A stretch of 64,000 nucleotides of DNA from Candidatus Sabulitectum sp. (GTDB taxonomy: Bacteria; Fermentibacterota; Fermentibacteria; Fermentibacterales; JCC-6). The stretch covers positions 10,007-74,006 of the forward strand of contig JAGLDY010000015.1 of the NCBI GenBank assembly GCA_023145375.1. The letters are read 5' to 3'. The position numbers and the translations under genes were made by a program. A model generated the notes under the pieces. That model worked only from the letters and a program-made list of their open reading frames with translations. It was not told the origin of the DNA and searched no databases. This document shows, one piece after another, positions 20,064 through 28,623 of this stretch; position 1 is the first letter of the stretch; each line of letters opens with the position of its first letter.

Positions 20064-20504
20064 TCACTCCAGCTCTTCACAGATCTGTTTGTCTACCCGT
20101 TTGAACCAGAAATCTTTTTTGTTACAGTACGCTGTGAGCATTGCTTTGGTAAGGTCTTCAACGGTTGATTCCAGTTCCAGAAAGAACATACCAATGGCCA
20201 GCTGCTTCTTGGGGTCCGAGTCATCAGGTCCGTGGAGGATGTTAATGGTTTCTTCTATGAGCTGGTCCATGCCGTACAATCTCAGATGAAGAAGCTCATG
20301 AACAACCACTTCTTCCAGGTGTTCTTCGGGAACGGTCTCATGTATCATTACTGCGGCCATATGGTTGTCCCGGTCGATCTTCACATCCCCGGATTTTCTC
20401 CACTCCTGTGTTACCACAACCGGTTTGATGTCCCAGTCCCTCAGCCTCAGGATGTCCTGCCATTTTCTCAGAAGTATGTCTACCTGTTCTTCATTGAGTT
20501 TCAT
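20064..20504 (-). CDS. Small HExxH-motif protein, a putative metallopeptidase-like protein
   Basis: It has VVHELLHL. It lies 4 nt downstream of the NTP_transf_5-like gene on the same strand. Confidence 0.4.
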   Translation of the reverse strand: MKLNEEQVDILLRKWQDILRLRDWDIKPVVVTQEWRKSGDVKIDRDNHMAAVMIHETVPEEHLEEVVVHELLHLRLYGMDQLIEETINILHGPDDSDPKKQLAIGMFFLELESTVEDLTKAMLTAYCNKKDFWFKRVDKQICEELE

Positions 20505-20507
20505 CTT

Positions 20508-21473
20508 CTACTCTTTCTTAAGTGGCTGTTTGCCGGTGAGGATCAGCCAGGATAGGGCACAGGCCCAGGATACCTTCTTCCAGCCCCTCAGGTGCTTCAG
20601 ATTCATCAGTGTGGGTATTTTCTTTCCCTGTTTCAGCTGGTCCAGAATAACTTCTCTTTCGCTGTTGCAGTTGAACAGAGCTTCTACTGTTTCTTCAGGG
20701 ACAGGAGCCTTCAAGTCAGATGATGCTGTTTCAAGGATTCCGGATATGGCATGGCCAAGTTGTGTTCCCGAAGCATTGTGTGCAAATTCATTCCATGTTC
20801 CTGATTCACTGACCTTCCGGCAGAGAAGACATACATCAACCCACCATACAGGTCTTATACTGACATTTGTTAGCAGATGAATGATCACCAGGAGCAGCGC
20901 ATTGTGCCAGGCAAACCCCATAAGACCCGGTTCAAGCAGTCTGCCGTTCTCAAAAAGGTCTGTTGGAAGTTTCCCCGGGAATGTTGCAGGAAAATAGAAT
21001 ATGTGTGTGTGGAGTTCTGCCATCACCCCCTGTTTGAACATCTTCATTTCGGAGACTATCCCGGAAGTAAAAACACCATCTCCCGGGGACCCTTTTGACC
21101 AGCCTGCCCTTTGGAAGATGCCCATTATCTTCTGACGGTCTTCTTCTCTGATGAACAGATCAGCGTCGCACATGGGTCTGCCTCCGGGGAACGGGTAGAC
21201 ACTTCCTGCCAGGTCAAAACCCTTTACTGCCCAGACTGAAATTCCTTCTGCGGCGATTCTCTCAAGAACTGTTCTGATGATCTGTTCCTGGCGGAACCAC
21301 ATGGCTGCACACGAGAGGCTGATCTCTGTCCTGCCGGTCTCCCGCGAGAGCAGGGGCGAAAGACCATGGGTCTCACCAGGGTCAGCACCGGAATACCCCC
21401 CCTCCTCAGCTCCCGCAAGGAGCCACAGGCAGGTATCTTTGGTCACAGCATCCGGTTGTTCCACTCTTTTCAT
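20508..21473 (-). CDS. Uncharacterised nucleotidyltransferase-fold protein (NTP_transf_5 / PF14907-like)
   Basis: The start is taken at MKRVEQPD (ATG 21473). The motif GFDLAGSVYPFPGGRPMCDADLFI is the nucleotidyltransferase hG[GS]...D.D signature. The ORF track N-terminal extension overlaps the divergent promoter region. Confidence 0.55.
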   Translation of the reverse strand: MKRVEQPDAVTKDTCLWLLAGAEEGGYSGADPGETHGLSPLLSRETGRTEISLSCAAMWFRQEQIIRTVLERIAAEGISVWAVKGFDLAGSVYPFPGGRPMCDADLFIREEDRQKIMGIFQRAGWSKGSPGDGVFTSGIVSEMKMFKQGVMAELHTHIFYFPATFPGKLPTDLFENGRLLEPGLMGFAWHNALLLVIIHLLTNVSIRPVWWVDVCLLCRKVSESGTWNEFAHNASGTQLGHAISGILETASSDLKAPVPEETVEALFNCNSEREVILDQLKQGKKIPTLMNLKHLRGWKKVSWACALSWLILTGKQPLKKE

Positions 21474-21563
21474 AGTACCTAATGGATACTTCAGAGGCCG
21501 GGATATCACAACCCTCTCTTCTTTCTGCTGGTTCCTCTCTATTCGCGGGTTTAGATTAGTTGC

Positions 21564-23363
21564 ATGGAGAACGAACACAGTAGCAGGAAAGTAATGATAG
21601 GAAGGGCTGTTTCCCTTGTCTGGCAGAGCAGCCGGGGGCTGACCATCGCCAACCTCTGTCTTACTGTAGTTCAGGGACTGCTTCCTCTTATACCTCTTTA
21701 TCTTATGAAAGTGCTCATTGATTCCATCGAGTCGGTGATCAATGGCAGTGACACCACTTCGTACCAGGAGATCGGCATTCTTGTGGCGGTCATGGGCGGT
21801 GTGGCGCTGCTCTCCGCTCTTGTGAAATCTCTGGCCGGTATCGTGGAGCAGACCCAGGCCAGGGTAGTTACCGATCACATGCAGGATATTCTTCACAAAA
21901 AATCCATTGAGGTTGATCTTGCGTACTACGAAGATTCCAAGTTTTACGATACAATGCACAGGGCACAGGGTGAGGCTCCCTACAGACCCACGAGTATAGT
22001 CAACGGTTTGATCAGGACGGTGCAGAGCACTATCTCACTTCTTGCCATGGTGGGACTTCTTTTATCCTTTCACTGGATAGTTGCAGTTGTGCTGCTGGCT
22101 GCTGCGCTTCCCGGAGTGCTTGTTAAGCTTAAGTTCTCAAAAGTCAGCTGGAAGTGGAAGCGCAAGAGAACCGAGACAGAACGCAAAGCCTGGTACAACC
22201 ACTGGTTACTTACTTCAGTTGGTCATGCAAAAGAGCTTCGACTTTTCGGGCTGGGAGAACATTTCCGGGTAATGTACATGGACCTGAGAGCCATTCTCCG
22301 GAAGGAAGTGCTTGGTATTGCCAAAAGAAGGGCTCTTTCTGATCTGGGCACCCAGGCTGTTGCAACTGTGCTGATCTACGGTTCGCTGGCCTTTATTGCC
22401 AGGCAGGCATTTACAGGTCTGATCACAATTGGTGGGATGGTAATGTACTTCCAGGCTTTTCAACGGGGGCTGGGATTTCTCAGGGGTCTTCTCGGCAGTC
22501 TTGCCGGTCTTTACGAAGGCAATCTCTTTCTCTCAAATCTCTTTGATTTTCTTGACATAAAGCCGTCTGTTATTGATCCTGCAAGCCCCGCACCTTTCCC
22601 TTCCTGTATCAATGAGGGAATTGTGTTTGAACATGTGAACTTCAATTACACCTCAAGCAGCAAGTTGGTTCTGGATGATGTTTCGCTGAAGATCAAGACA
22701 GGGGAGATGCTTGCACTTGTGGGTGAGAATGGTTCAGGAAAAACAACTTTGGTGAAGCTTCTGTGCAGACTGTATGATCCCGCTTCAGGCAGCGTAAATA
22801 TTGATGGTGTATCTGTTAAGGATTTTAAAGTGGAGGATCATAGAAGCAACATAGGTGTGATCTTCCAGGATTATGCCAAGTACCATCTTACGGTCAAAGA
22901 GAATATCAGTCTCGGTGACATAAACCAGTCACCGGACGATTCCCTTATTCGCAGTGCCGCTGAGGCAGCAGGCGCCCATACGGTTATAGAGAAACTGCCT
23001 GACGGGTACGATACTGTTCTTGGCAGATCGTTCAAGAATGGCAAGGAGCTTTCCATTGGAGAGTGGCAGAAGATAGCTCTGGCCAGAGCTTTCGTTCGTG
23101 ACGCTCCCATTATTATTCTGGATGAGCCCACCAGTGCACTGGACGCAAAAGCAGAGCAGGCAGTGTTCGAGAAGTTCAGAGAGCTGGCTCAGGGAAAGAC
23201 CTCCCTGATCATATCCCACAGATTTTCAACTGTGAGAATGGCAGACAGGATAGCCGTCATGGACAAGGGCAGGATCATTGAATACGGTACCCATGAAGAA
23301 CTGATGGAAAAGCATGGCCTGTACCACGAGATGTATACCGTTCAGGCAAGTGCCTACAGCTGA
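21564..23363 (+). CDS. ABC transporter with fused permease and ATPase domains (exporter type)
   Basis: The N-terminal half has six TM helices. The ATPase domain has Walker A GENGSGKTTL, signature LSIGEWQKIALARAF, Walker B IILDEPTSALD and H-loop ISHR. Confidence 0.85.
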   Translation: MENEHSSRKVMIGRAVSLVWQSSRGLTIANLCLTVVQGLLPLIPLYLMKVLIDSIESVINGSDTTSYQEIGILVAVMGGVALLSALVKSLAGIVEQTQARVVTDHMQDILHKKSIEVDLAYYEDSKFYDTMHRAQGEAPYRPTSIVNGLIRTVQSTISLLAMVGLLLSFHWIVAVVLLAAALPGVLVKLKFSKVSWKWKRKRTETERKAWYNHWLLTSVGHAKELRLFGLGEHFRVMYMDLRAILRKEVLGIAKRRALSDLGTQAVATVLIYGSLAFIARQAFTGLITIGGMVMYFQAFQRGLGFLRGLLGSLAGLYEGNLFLSNLFDFLDIKPSVIDPASPAPFPSCINEGIVFEHVNFNYTSSSKLVLDDVSLKIKTGEMLALVGENGSGKTTLVKLLCRLYDPASGSVNIDGVSVKDFKVEDHRSNIGVIFQDYAKYHLTVKENISLGDINQSPDDSLIRSAAEAAGAHTVIEKLPDGYDTVLGRSFKNGKELSIGEWQKIALARAFVRDAPIIILDEPTSALDAKAEQAVFEKFRELAQGKTSLIISHRFSTVRMADRIAVMDKGRIIEYGTHEELMEKHGLYHEMYTVQASAYS

Positions 23364-23372
23364 GGTTCTATC

Positions 23373-23558
23373 TTACTTCTTACTATCTGACCCATACTTC
23401 CATTGTATCAAAAGGCCGGAGATCACATTTCCACTTACCGCAATCACATGAAGCACTTTGTGCTCGAAGCCCGTTATTATCCCAAGATAAACCATAGCGA
23501 TTGCCACTCCAAAGAAGAGAAAAGCTAACGGGTGAATACGGCTAAGGAAGTCTTTCAT
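23373..23558 (-). CDS. Small hydrophobic protein
   Basis: It is 61 aa with two hydrophobic helices. Coding status is uncertain. Confidence 0.3.
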   Translation of the reverse strand: MKDFLSRIHPLAFLFFGVAIAMVYLGIITGFEHKVLHVIAVSGNVISGLLIQWKYGSDSKK

Positions 23559-23735
23559 AACCTTTTTCCTGTATGGTTTGTCTTGTCTGGGACATTGTAT
23601 TGCATTTCAGAATATAGCAGCCTTGTGTCAGCCGAGGGTGTTAAGTGCGTAAGCACCTCTGTATTGCCTCCTGATCAATGTGCTTCCCGTTGAACTTCAT
23701 GAGATACACGGGAGCTGATGAGGAGAGACTCCTGT

Positions 23736-24074
23736 TTAGAGAGTGCCGCTGACTGAAGCAACTACGAATGCGCCTTCGCTGGTGGCTCTTTTGAACACAT
23801 CGCCGTCACTGTAGATGGTTACAGTAATAGAGCCTGTCTCTCCCTGATTCTGCGCGAAAAGGTAAACATAGTCGTCAGGATCTGCTGAGAACTTGTGAGA
23901 CCACGGCAGAGAAATACCAGTGAGCTGCGAAATGCCCCCACTGCCGTTTTCGTAGGTGATGTTCACAGTTTCAGCACTTCCTGTCACCTCATACCTTACA
24001 CTGATGGATGTATCGAAGGGGTTTGAGCAGGACAAAACAAGAGACAAAAATACAACAGAAAAGAATAGCTTCAT
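23736..24074 (-). CDS. Lipoprotein, hypothetical
   Basis: MKLFFSVVFLSLVLSCS has a signal peptide and lipobox. Confidence 0.5.
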   Translation of the reverse strand: MKLFFSVVFLSLVLSCSNPFDTSISVRYEVTGSAETVNITYENGSGGISQLTGISLPWSHKFSADPDDYVYLFAQNQGETGSITVTIYSDGDVFKRATSEGAFVVASVSGTL

Positions 24075-24159
24075 ATAACTCCAACCTTCCTTTTACATTA
24101 CTCCTTATTATACAGCACTCGCGCACCTGTGTATATATTGGAATGCTCTAAGGAAGGCG

Positions 24160-25494
24160 GTGGGTATTTCTGCGGTAAATCTTGTTCTTCTGCTTCTGTG
24201 CGGAACCTTTTACAGGTACCTGGATCTCACTCCAACAATGGATCTTCTTCCCAGGGGAGAGATCACCGCTGATATTGCCTGCAACATGATCTGTTTTCAG
24301 CTGACTCGTGTTTCCCGGGATACGCTTGCTGTTGTGAGACTGGACAGGGGAGTACCCACTCCGGTTTACAATTTTCCCGGAGGTTTCTCAGTGGTTTCTT
24401 CAGACTCTTCCATTACCTGGATATCTCCGGACAGTGAACCCTCCGGATACAGGATGATGCTTGATGAGAACGGTCTTCCTGCCCTGTTGTCAGAGCTTGA
24501 TGGTTCCGTATTCCTGGAATGGGCGTGGGAGAACGATTCAACTGTTACCGTTTACTCTATTGATCCTCTCATGGGTAGAGTGGATACAGATTTGTTGCCT
24601 AACTATACAGGGACTGCTGTCCGGTTGGATGATAATGGGGACCTTGAGTATTTCAAGTATGAGACTCTCTCTGCATCTGCCTTGCAGTACACTCTGAACA
24701 GCTTTCGCAGGGTCCTGTCTAAAAGGATGGTAAGCGCCTCCGGTGAGATCATCCCAACCTCAGACGGGGTAGCGGAAACCAGATATACCTATGACCCTGC
24801 AGGAAATCTTACTTCAACCAGGCTCATCAGCATTGAGGGAAACCTCCTTCCCAATGATTACTCTCTACCCACAACCGGAAACTATTCTTTCGATATGCAT
24901 GGGATCGTTGAAAATCAGGTGAACATAGCGTATACGGTGCAGTCGTTTGATGAGAATTGTCTCTACATACTTGAGAGACACTATGGCGTTGATGGCAAGC
25001 CAGTTGAGAACCTGCAGGGGGTTTCCTCGATAGTCTATCAGAGAGAACTTTCCGGTGGCGTGTCAGAATCCGTGTGGTTTGATATTCATGGGCACCGGAC
25101 GGAGATAGAAGGAATTTCTGTAACCAGAAGAACATTTGATGAGCAGGGAAGGGTAACAGAGTCTTCCACATACAACGCTGATCTTGAAATAGCCGATTTC
25201 CCCGGGGGATTTGCGTTTACAAGGTTCACCTATGCAGAGGATGGCCAGCCGGTGCTTATTTCCTACTACGACTCTTCCAGTGAGCCTGTTATCAACTCTT
25301 CCCTAGGGTGTCACTCCAGAAGCTTTGTCTACGATGAAGAGGGCAGATGCATAGAGCTTAGATACCTTGGCATCTCCGGCAGCCTGGTTAACCTCTGTAC
25401 AGGTTATGCAAGAGTTGTTTCAGTTTTTGATCAGGAGGGTGAACTAGTGGAACACCTGTTCTTCGATGAGAACGGAGAAGAAGTACAACCATAA
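24160..25494 (+). CDS. YD-repeat-containing protein
   Basis: ETRYTYDPAGNLTSTRL and TRFTYAEDGQPVLISYYD match YD/Rhs repeats. Confidence 0.55.
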   Translation: MGISAVNLVLLLLCGTFYRYLDLTPTMDLLPRGEITADIACNMICFQLTRVSRDTLAVVRLDRGVPTPVYNFPGGFSVVSSDSSITWISPDSEPSGYRMMLDENGLPALLSELDGSVFLEWAWENDSTVTVYSIDPLMGRVDTDLLPNYTGTAVRLDDNGDLEYFKYETLSASALQYTLNSFRRVLSKRMVSASGEIIPTSDGVAETRYTYDPAGNLTSTRLISIEGNLLPNDYSLPTTGNYSFDMHGIVENQVNIAYTVQSFDENCLYILERHYGVDGKPVENLQGVSSIVYQRELSGGVSESVWFDIHGHRTEIEGISVTRRTFDEQGRVTESSTYNADLEIADFPGGFAFTRFTYAEDGQPVLISYYDSSSEPVINSSLGCHSRSFVYDEEGRCIELRYLGISGSLVNLCTGYARVVSVFDQEGELVEHLFFDENGEEVQP

Positions 25495-25499
25495 GAAAA

Positions 25500-25518
25500 G
25501 GGGCGGAAGACCCGCCCC
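25500..25518. terminator. Bidirectional rho-independent terminator between two convergent genes
   Basis: The sequence is aaaaGGGGCGGaagacCCGCCCCtttt. It has a 7-bp GC stem and a 5-nt loop, flanked by A and T runs. Confidence 0.7.
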
Positions 25519-25535
25519 TTTTAAAACTGGTCTCT

Positions 25536-26690
25536 TTATTCAAATCCCGGAAGAGTACCGTAGAATACTCTGGGGTAATCTTCAGGGTTAACATCGAAGC
25601 AGATGAAGTATTTACTGCCGATCACCGTGTTCCATGTGCGAGCGGCCTCGCCAGCATCAAGAGCTGCTGTAAAGAGCAGGTTCCCGTCAAGGTCGAACAC
25701 ATCAAATGTGGATGTTCTTTCATCACCTTTTACTATCCAGAGGCGATTCAGGCCATCCACAGACATGTTGGCGATGGATGCTCTGTACGGGTCAGGCTCC
25801 CAGTTTGCCATGGAAGGAGGCATGCCCTGAGCGATCATTCTTGCATTGACTATTTCCGCCTCAAGATCGATCTCAGACTGGGTTTTCTCCACTCTTTCAT
25901 AATCCTCATAAACATAGGTAAATATTTCTTCACCTTCCGGGGTCCATGCAGTGAAGGAGTATTCTTCAGTGGACATCTGTGATGTGAACACCCTTCCATT
26001 CACTGATGCGGCGAAAAGGGCCACATCATTCCCTATTGAGCTAAGGTCAGAAGGATTGAAGGGAGACATCTGCGAGTAGTAAACGACGGTAGGTTCAGCG
26101 CTTTCTGTGGTCCACTTTGCAACAGTGAACCCCATGAACATGCCATCCTCGTTCTGTTCGAAGTCAGGTTTCATCCCAACCAGTTCCATTCCCTCTATTG
26201 CAACAATCTGTGCCGGCGGGGCAGGAACGAATCCAGGAGTTTCTGAGGTGAAATCATAGTTTTCATCAAAAAAGACAAGTTTAGAACCCATACCATCAGC
26301 AACGATCAGACCACCCTCAGGTCGGAACGCCATAGCCACCGGCATGAGGAATTCACCAGGGCCGCTCCCCTGTCGTCCTATTGTCATGATGAATTCACCT
26401 GTGTGCGAGAAGAGTGACACATTGGATTTCTGAGCATCGAGAATTGCAACATCACCTTCAGGGGAGAAGTCCGCTGCGATGATCGCTCCAAAAACAAGGT
26501 TGCTGTCGCCAAGTTCTACTCCGATAGAGTCAGTTATCAGCAGGTAGTTATCTGCAACCGGAAGAGAGTATTCCTCTTCTGCAGCCGCGTCTACCGCGGT
26601 GTCAGCTGTGCCGGTATCATCAGCCGGTTCCGAGGTTCCGCAACCTGTGACCAGTAGTAATGCAAGTGGAATTATTAAAAGAAATTTCAT
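25536..26690 (-). CDS. Lipoprotein, probably a beta-propeller fold
   Basis: MKFLLIIPLALLLVTGCG has a lipobox. Repeated G-rich beta-strand motifs follow. Confidence 0.5.
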   Translation of the reverse strand: MKFLLIIPLALLLVTGCGTSEPADDTGTADTAVDAAAEEEYSLPVADNYLLITDSIGVELGDSNLVFGAIIAADFSPEGDVAILDAQKSNVSLFSHTGEFIMTIGRQGSGPGEFLMPVAMAFRPEGGLIVADGMGSKLVFFDENYDFTSETPGFVPAPPAQIVAIEGMELVGMKPDFEQNEDGMFMGFTVAKWTTESAEPTVVYYSQMSPFNPSDLSSIGNDVALFAASVNGRVFTSQMSTEEYSFTAWTPEGEEIFTYVYEDYERVEKTQSEIDLEAEIVNARMIAQGMPPSMANWEPDPYRASIANMSVDGLNRLWIVKGDERTSTFDVFDLDGNLLFTAALDAGEAARTWNTVIGSKYFICFDVNPEDYPRVFYGTLPGFE

Positions 26691-26767
26691 ATCATATCCT
26701 TTCCTGTCAGTTAGAACGTCAGCTGGTTAACGCCAGAATATTAAGGCAGTATTGCTTATGTCAACTT

Positions 26768-27382
26768 TCAGGGGCTTTGGGCAGTGACGTTCAGCCAGAC
26801 AGTGTTCTCTCTTTTTAGACCGTCGGTGGATTCAGTTACTTCCATTACTACCAACCCGGAGGTTTCGATCTGTCTGGTCCACCAATCTCTGTTCTTCAGA
26901 GTGAATGTTCTGGATTCACCCGGAGAATTCTCTTCTCTTTCAGTGCAGACGGATATAAACATGATGCCACCTGGCATAAGAAGTCCGGCTATTCTATTGA
27001 TGGTTTCAACTATATCTGGTTCAGGTAGATGCATCAGTGCGGCTATGGAATAGATGCCGTCATATTTGCCAGTCTCCCGTGCCAGGTCTTCAGGCAGTTC
27101 AAGTTTTCTGAGGTACGGAGATAGCTCGGGGTGTACTTCTGCCGCTCGACGAAGCATCTCATTACTGCCATCTGTGATCGTCAATTTCCTGCCGGTGGAA
27201 CTGCTCAGGAGAAAAGCTGCATCTCTCCCTGAACCGCAACCAAGTTCCAGGATGTTTCTGCATTTCTTAAGAGCGTTCAGCAGCTCGTTCTGAAGCTTGC
27301 CAACATCAGCAGACTCGTATCTTTCTGCCAGTCCTCTCGCTTTCTTATTGTAATGCCTAATTGTCTTGTCTTCAGATATCAC
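26768..27382 (-). CDS. Class I SAM-dependent methyltransferase
   Basis: Motif I is ILELGCGSGRDA. Confidence 0.7.
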   Translation of the reverse strand: MISEDKTIRHYNKKARGLAERYESADVGKLQNELLNALKKCRNILELGCGSGRDAAFLLSSSTGRKLTITDGSNEMLRRAAEVHPELSPYLRKLELPEDLARETGKYDGIYSIAALMHLPEPDIVETINRIAGLLMPGGIMFISVCTEREENSPGESRTFTLKNRDWWTRQIETSGLVVMEVTESTDGLKRENTVWLNVTAQSP

Positions 27383-28503
27383 AGTTTCAGCGACCTCTCT
27401 ATTATTTCTTTGAACATTCTTATTCCATAAGGTATCAGCATGTCAGGAAAATCATATTCAGGGCTGTGAAGAGGGGGAGAGTCAGTGCCTGCGCCAAGGC
27501 CGAAAAGTGCTGACGGGTACTTTTCCGTAAAATGGCCGAAATCTTCCGACCACGGAAAAGGTTTCCCTATGGTGATTCTCTGAAAACCCAACTTTTCCGC
27601 CGCTCGCTCTACAATTGAATCGGGGAGTTCTCCGTTTGTGGTGGGAGGGAACTCTTCTGTCCATTCCAGGGTGTATTGAAGATCGTTCCCCGCAGCTATT
27701 TTGATTATCTCCTTCTGAACATCCAGTGAGAGCTGCTGCATGGTTTCTCCTGTCGGGGCACGGAGAGTGGCCATTACAGTGGCGTTGCCGGGAGCGGTTC
27801 CAAACGCAGCTTCACCGATATCCGCATGTACCAGCGTCATCAGGATTCCTTCATCATTCCTTGATACACTGCTGAAGTACTGGATCAGAGAGGCAACTGC
27901 CAGGGCAGGGTTGATCCCCTCCTCTGGTTGAGCAGCATGTGAGCATTTTCCTGTGAACTTCACCACCAGTCCCCTTGAGGCACCGGCAAAAAGTCCTTTA
28001 CCGGAAATAACACTACCCATCGGGAAGCCCGGGAGGTTGTGCAATGCGAAGCAGATATCAGGCCGATTCTCCATTGTCAGCTGGCTGATGACTTTCCAGG
28101 CTCCCTGGCCGGTTTCCTCTGCAGGCTGGAAGAGAAGCATGACTCTCCCATCGGACAGTTTGTTCTTTCCAAGCCACTGAGCAACTCCGCACATTATGGC
28201 CATGTGCCCATCGTGCCCGCACTTGTGAGATACTCCAGGGTTCAAAGATCCGTGAGAGATATCCAGTTTCTCGCTCAGTGGTAGAGCATCCATGTCACAG
28301 CGGAGAAGAACTGTTCTTCCGGGTTTCTCCCCTTTGTAAATGGCAATTATTCCCCTGCCACCCACATCTTTGACAAGTTCATCAGGGTTCTGCTGTCTGA
28401 GGAAAGAAGCAAGGATCTTCGCCGTTCTTTCTTCACTACCGGCAACTTCGGGTTGCCTGTGAAGAGCGCATCTCAGATCTATCAGTTGCTCGATCTCCAA
28501 CAT
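27379..28503 (-). CDS. M20D-family amidohydrolase (aminoacylase / hippurate-hydrolase-like)
   Basis: It has HKCGHDGH and other metal-ligand motifs. It overlaps the methyltransferase gene by 4 nt. Confidence 0.75.
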   Translation of the reverse strand: MLEIEQLIDLRCALHRQPEVAGSEERTAKILASFLRQQNPDELVKDVGGRGIIAIYKGEKPGRTVLLRCDMDALPLSEKLDISHGSLNPGVSHKCGHDGHMAIMCGVAQWLGKNKLSDGRVMLLFQPAEETGQGAWKVISQLTMENRPDICFALHNLPGFPMGSVISGKGLFAGASRGLVVKFTGKCSHAAQPEEGINPALAVASLIQYFSSVSRNDEGILMTLVHADIGEAAFGTAPGNATVMATLRAPTGETMQQLSLDVQKEIIKIAAGNDLQYTLEWTEEFPPTTNGELPDSIVERAAEKLGFQRITIGKPFPWSEDFGHFTEKYPSALFGLGAGTDSPPLHSPEYDFPDMLIPYGIRMFKEIIERSLKL

Positions 28504-28623
28504 CTTTTCCTCCTGACTGCTTCCCGATTATAAGCCAAAGGAAGTGTAAATATCCTGAGAGCTATATTCACTTGACAGAGCGGAACAACCCTCTCTATTG
28601 TCATCGTTGAATTTGCTGAACTT

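Noticed and set aside
21474-21959. The first 162 codons of the ORF-track version of the nucleotidyltransferase gene
   Set aside because: The extension has no homology signal and runs into the divergent ABC transporter gene. The internal Met MKRVEQPD preceded by an RBS gives a typically sized nucleotidyltransferase.
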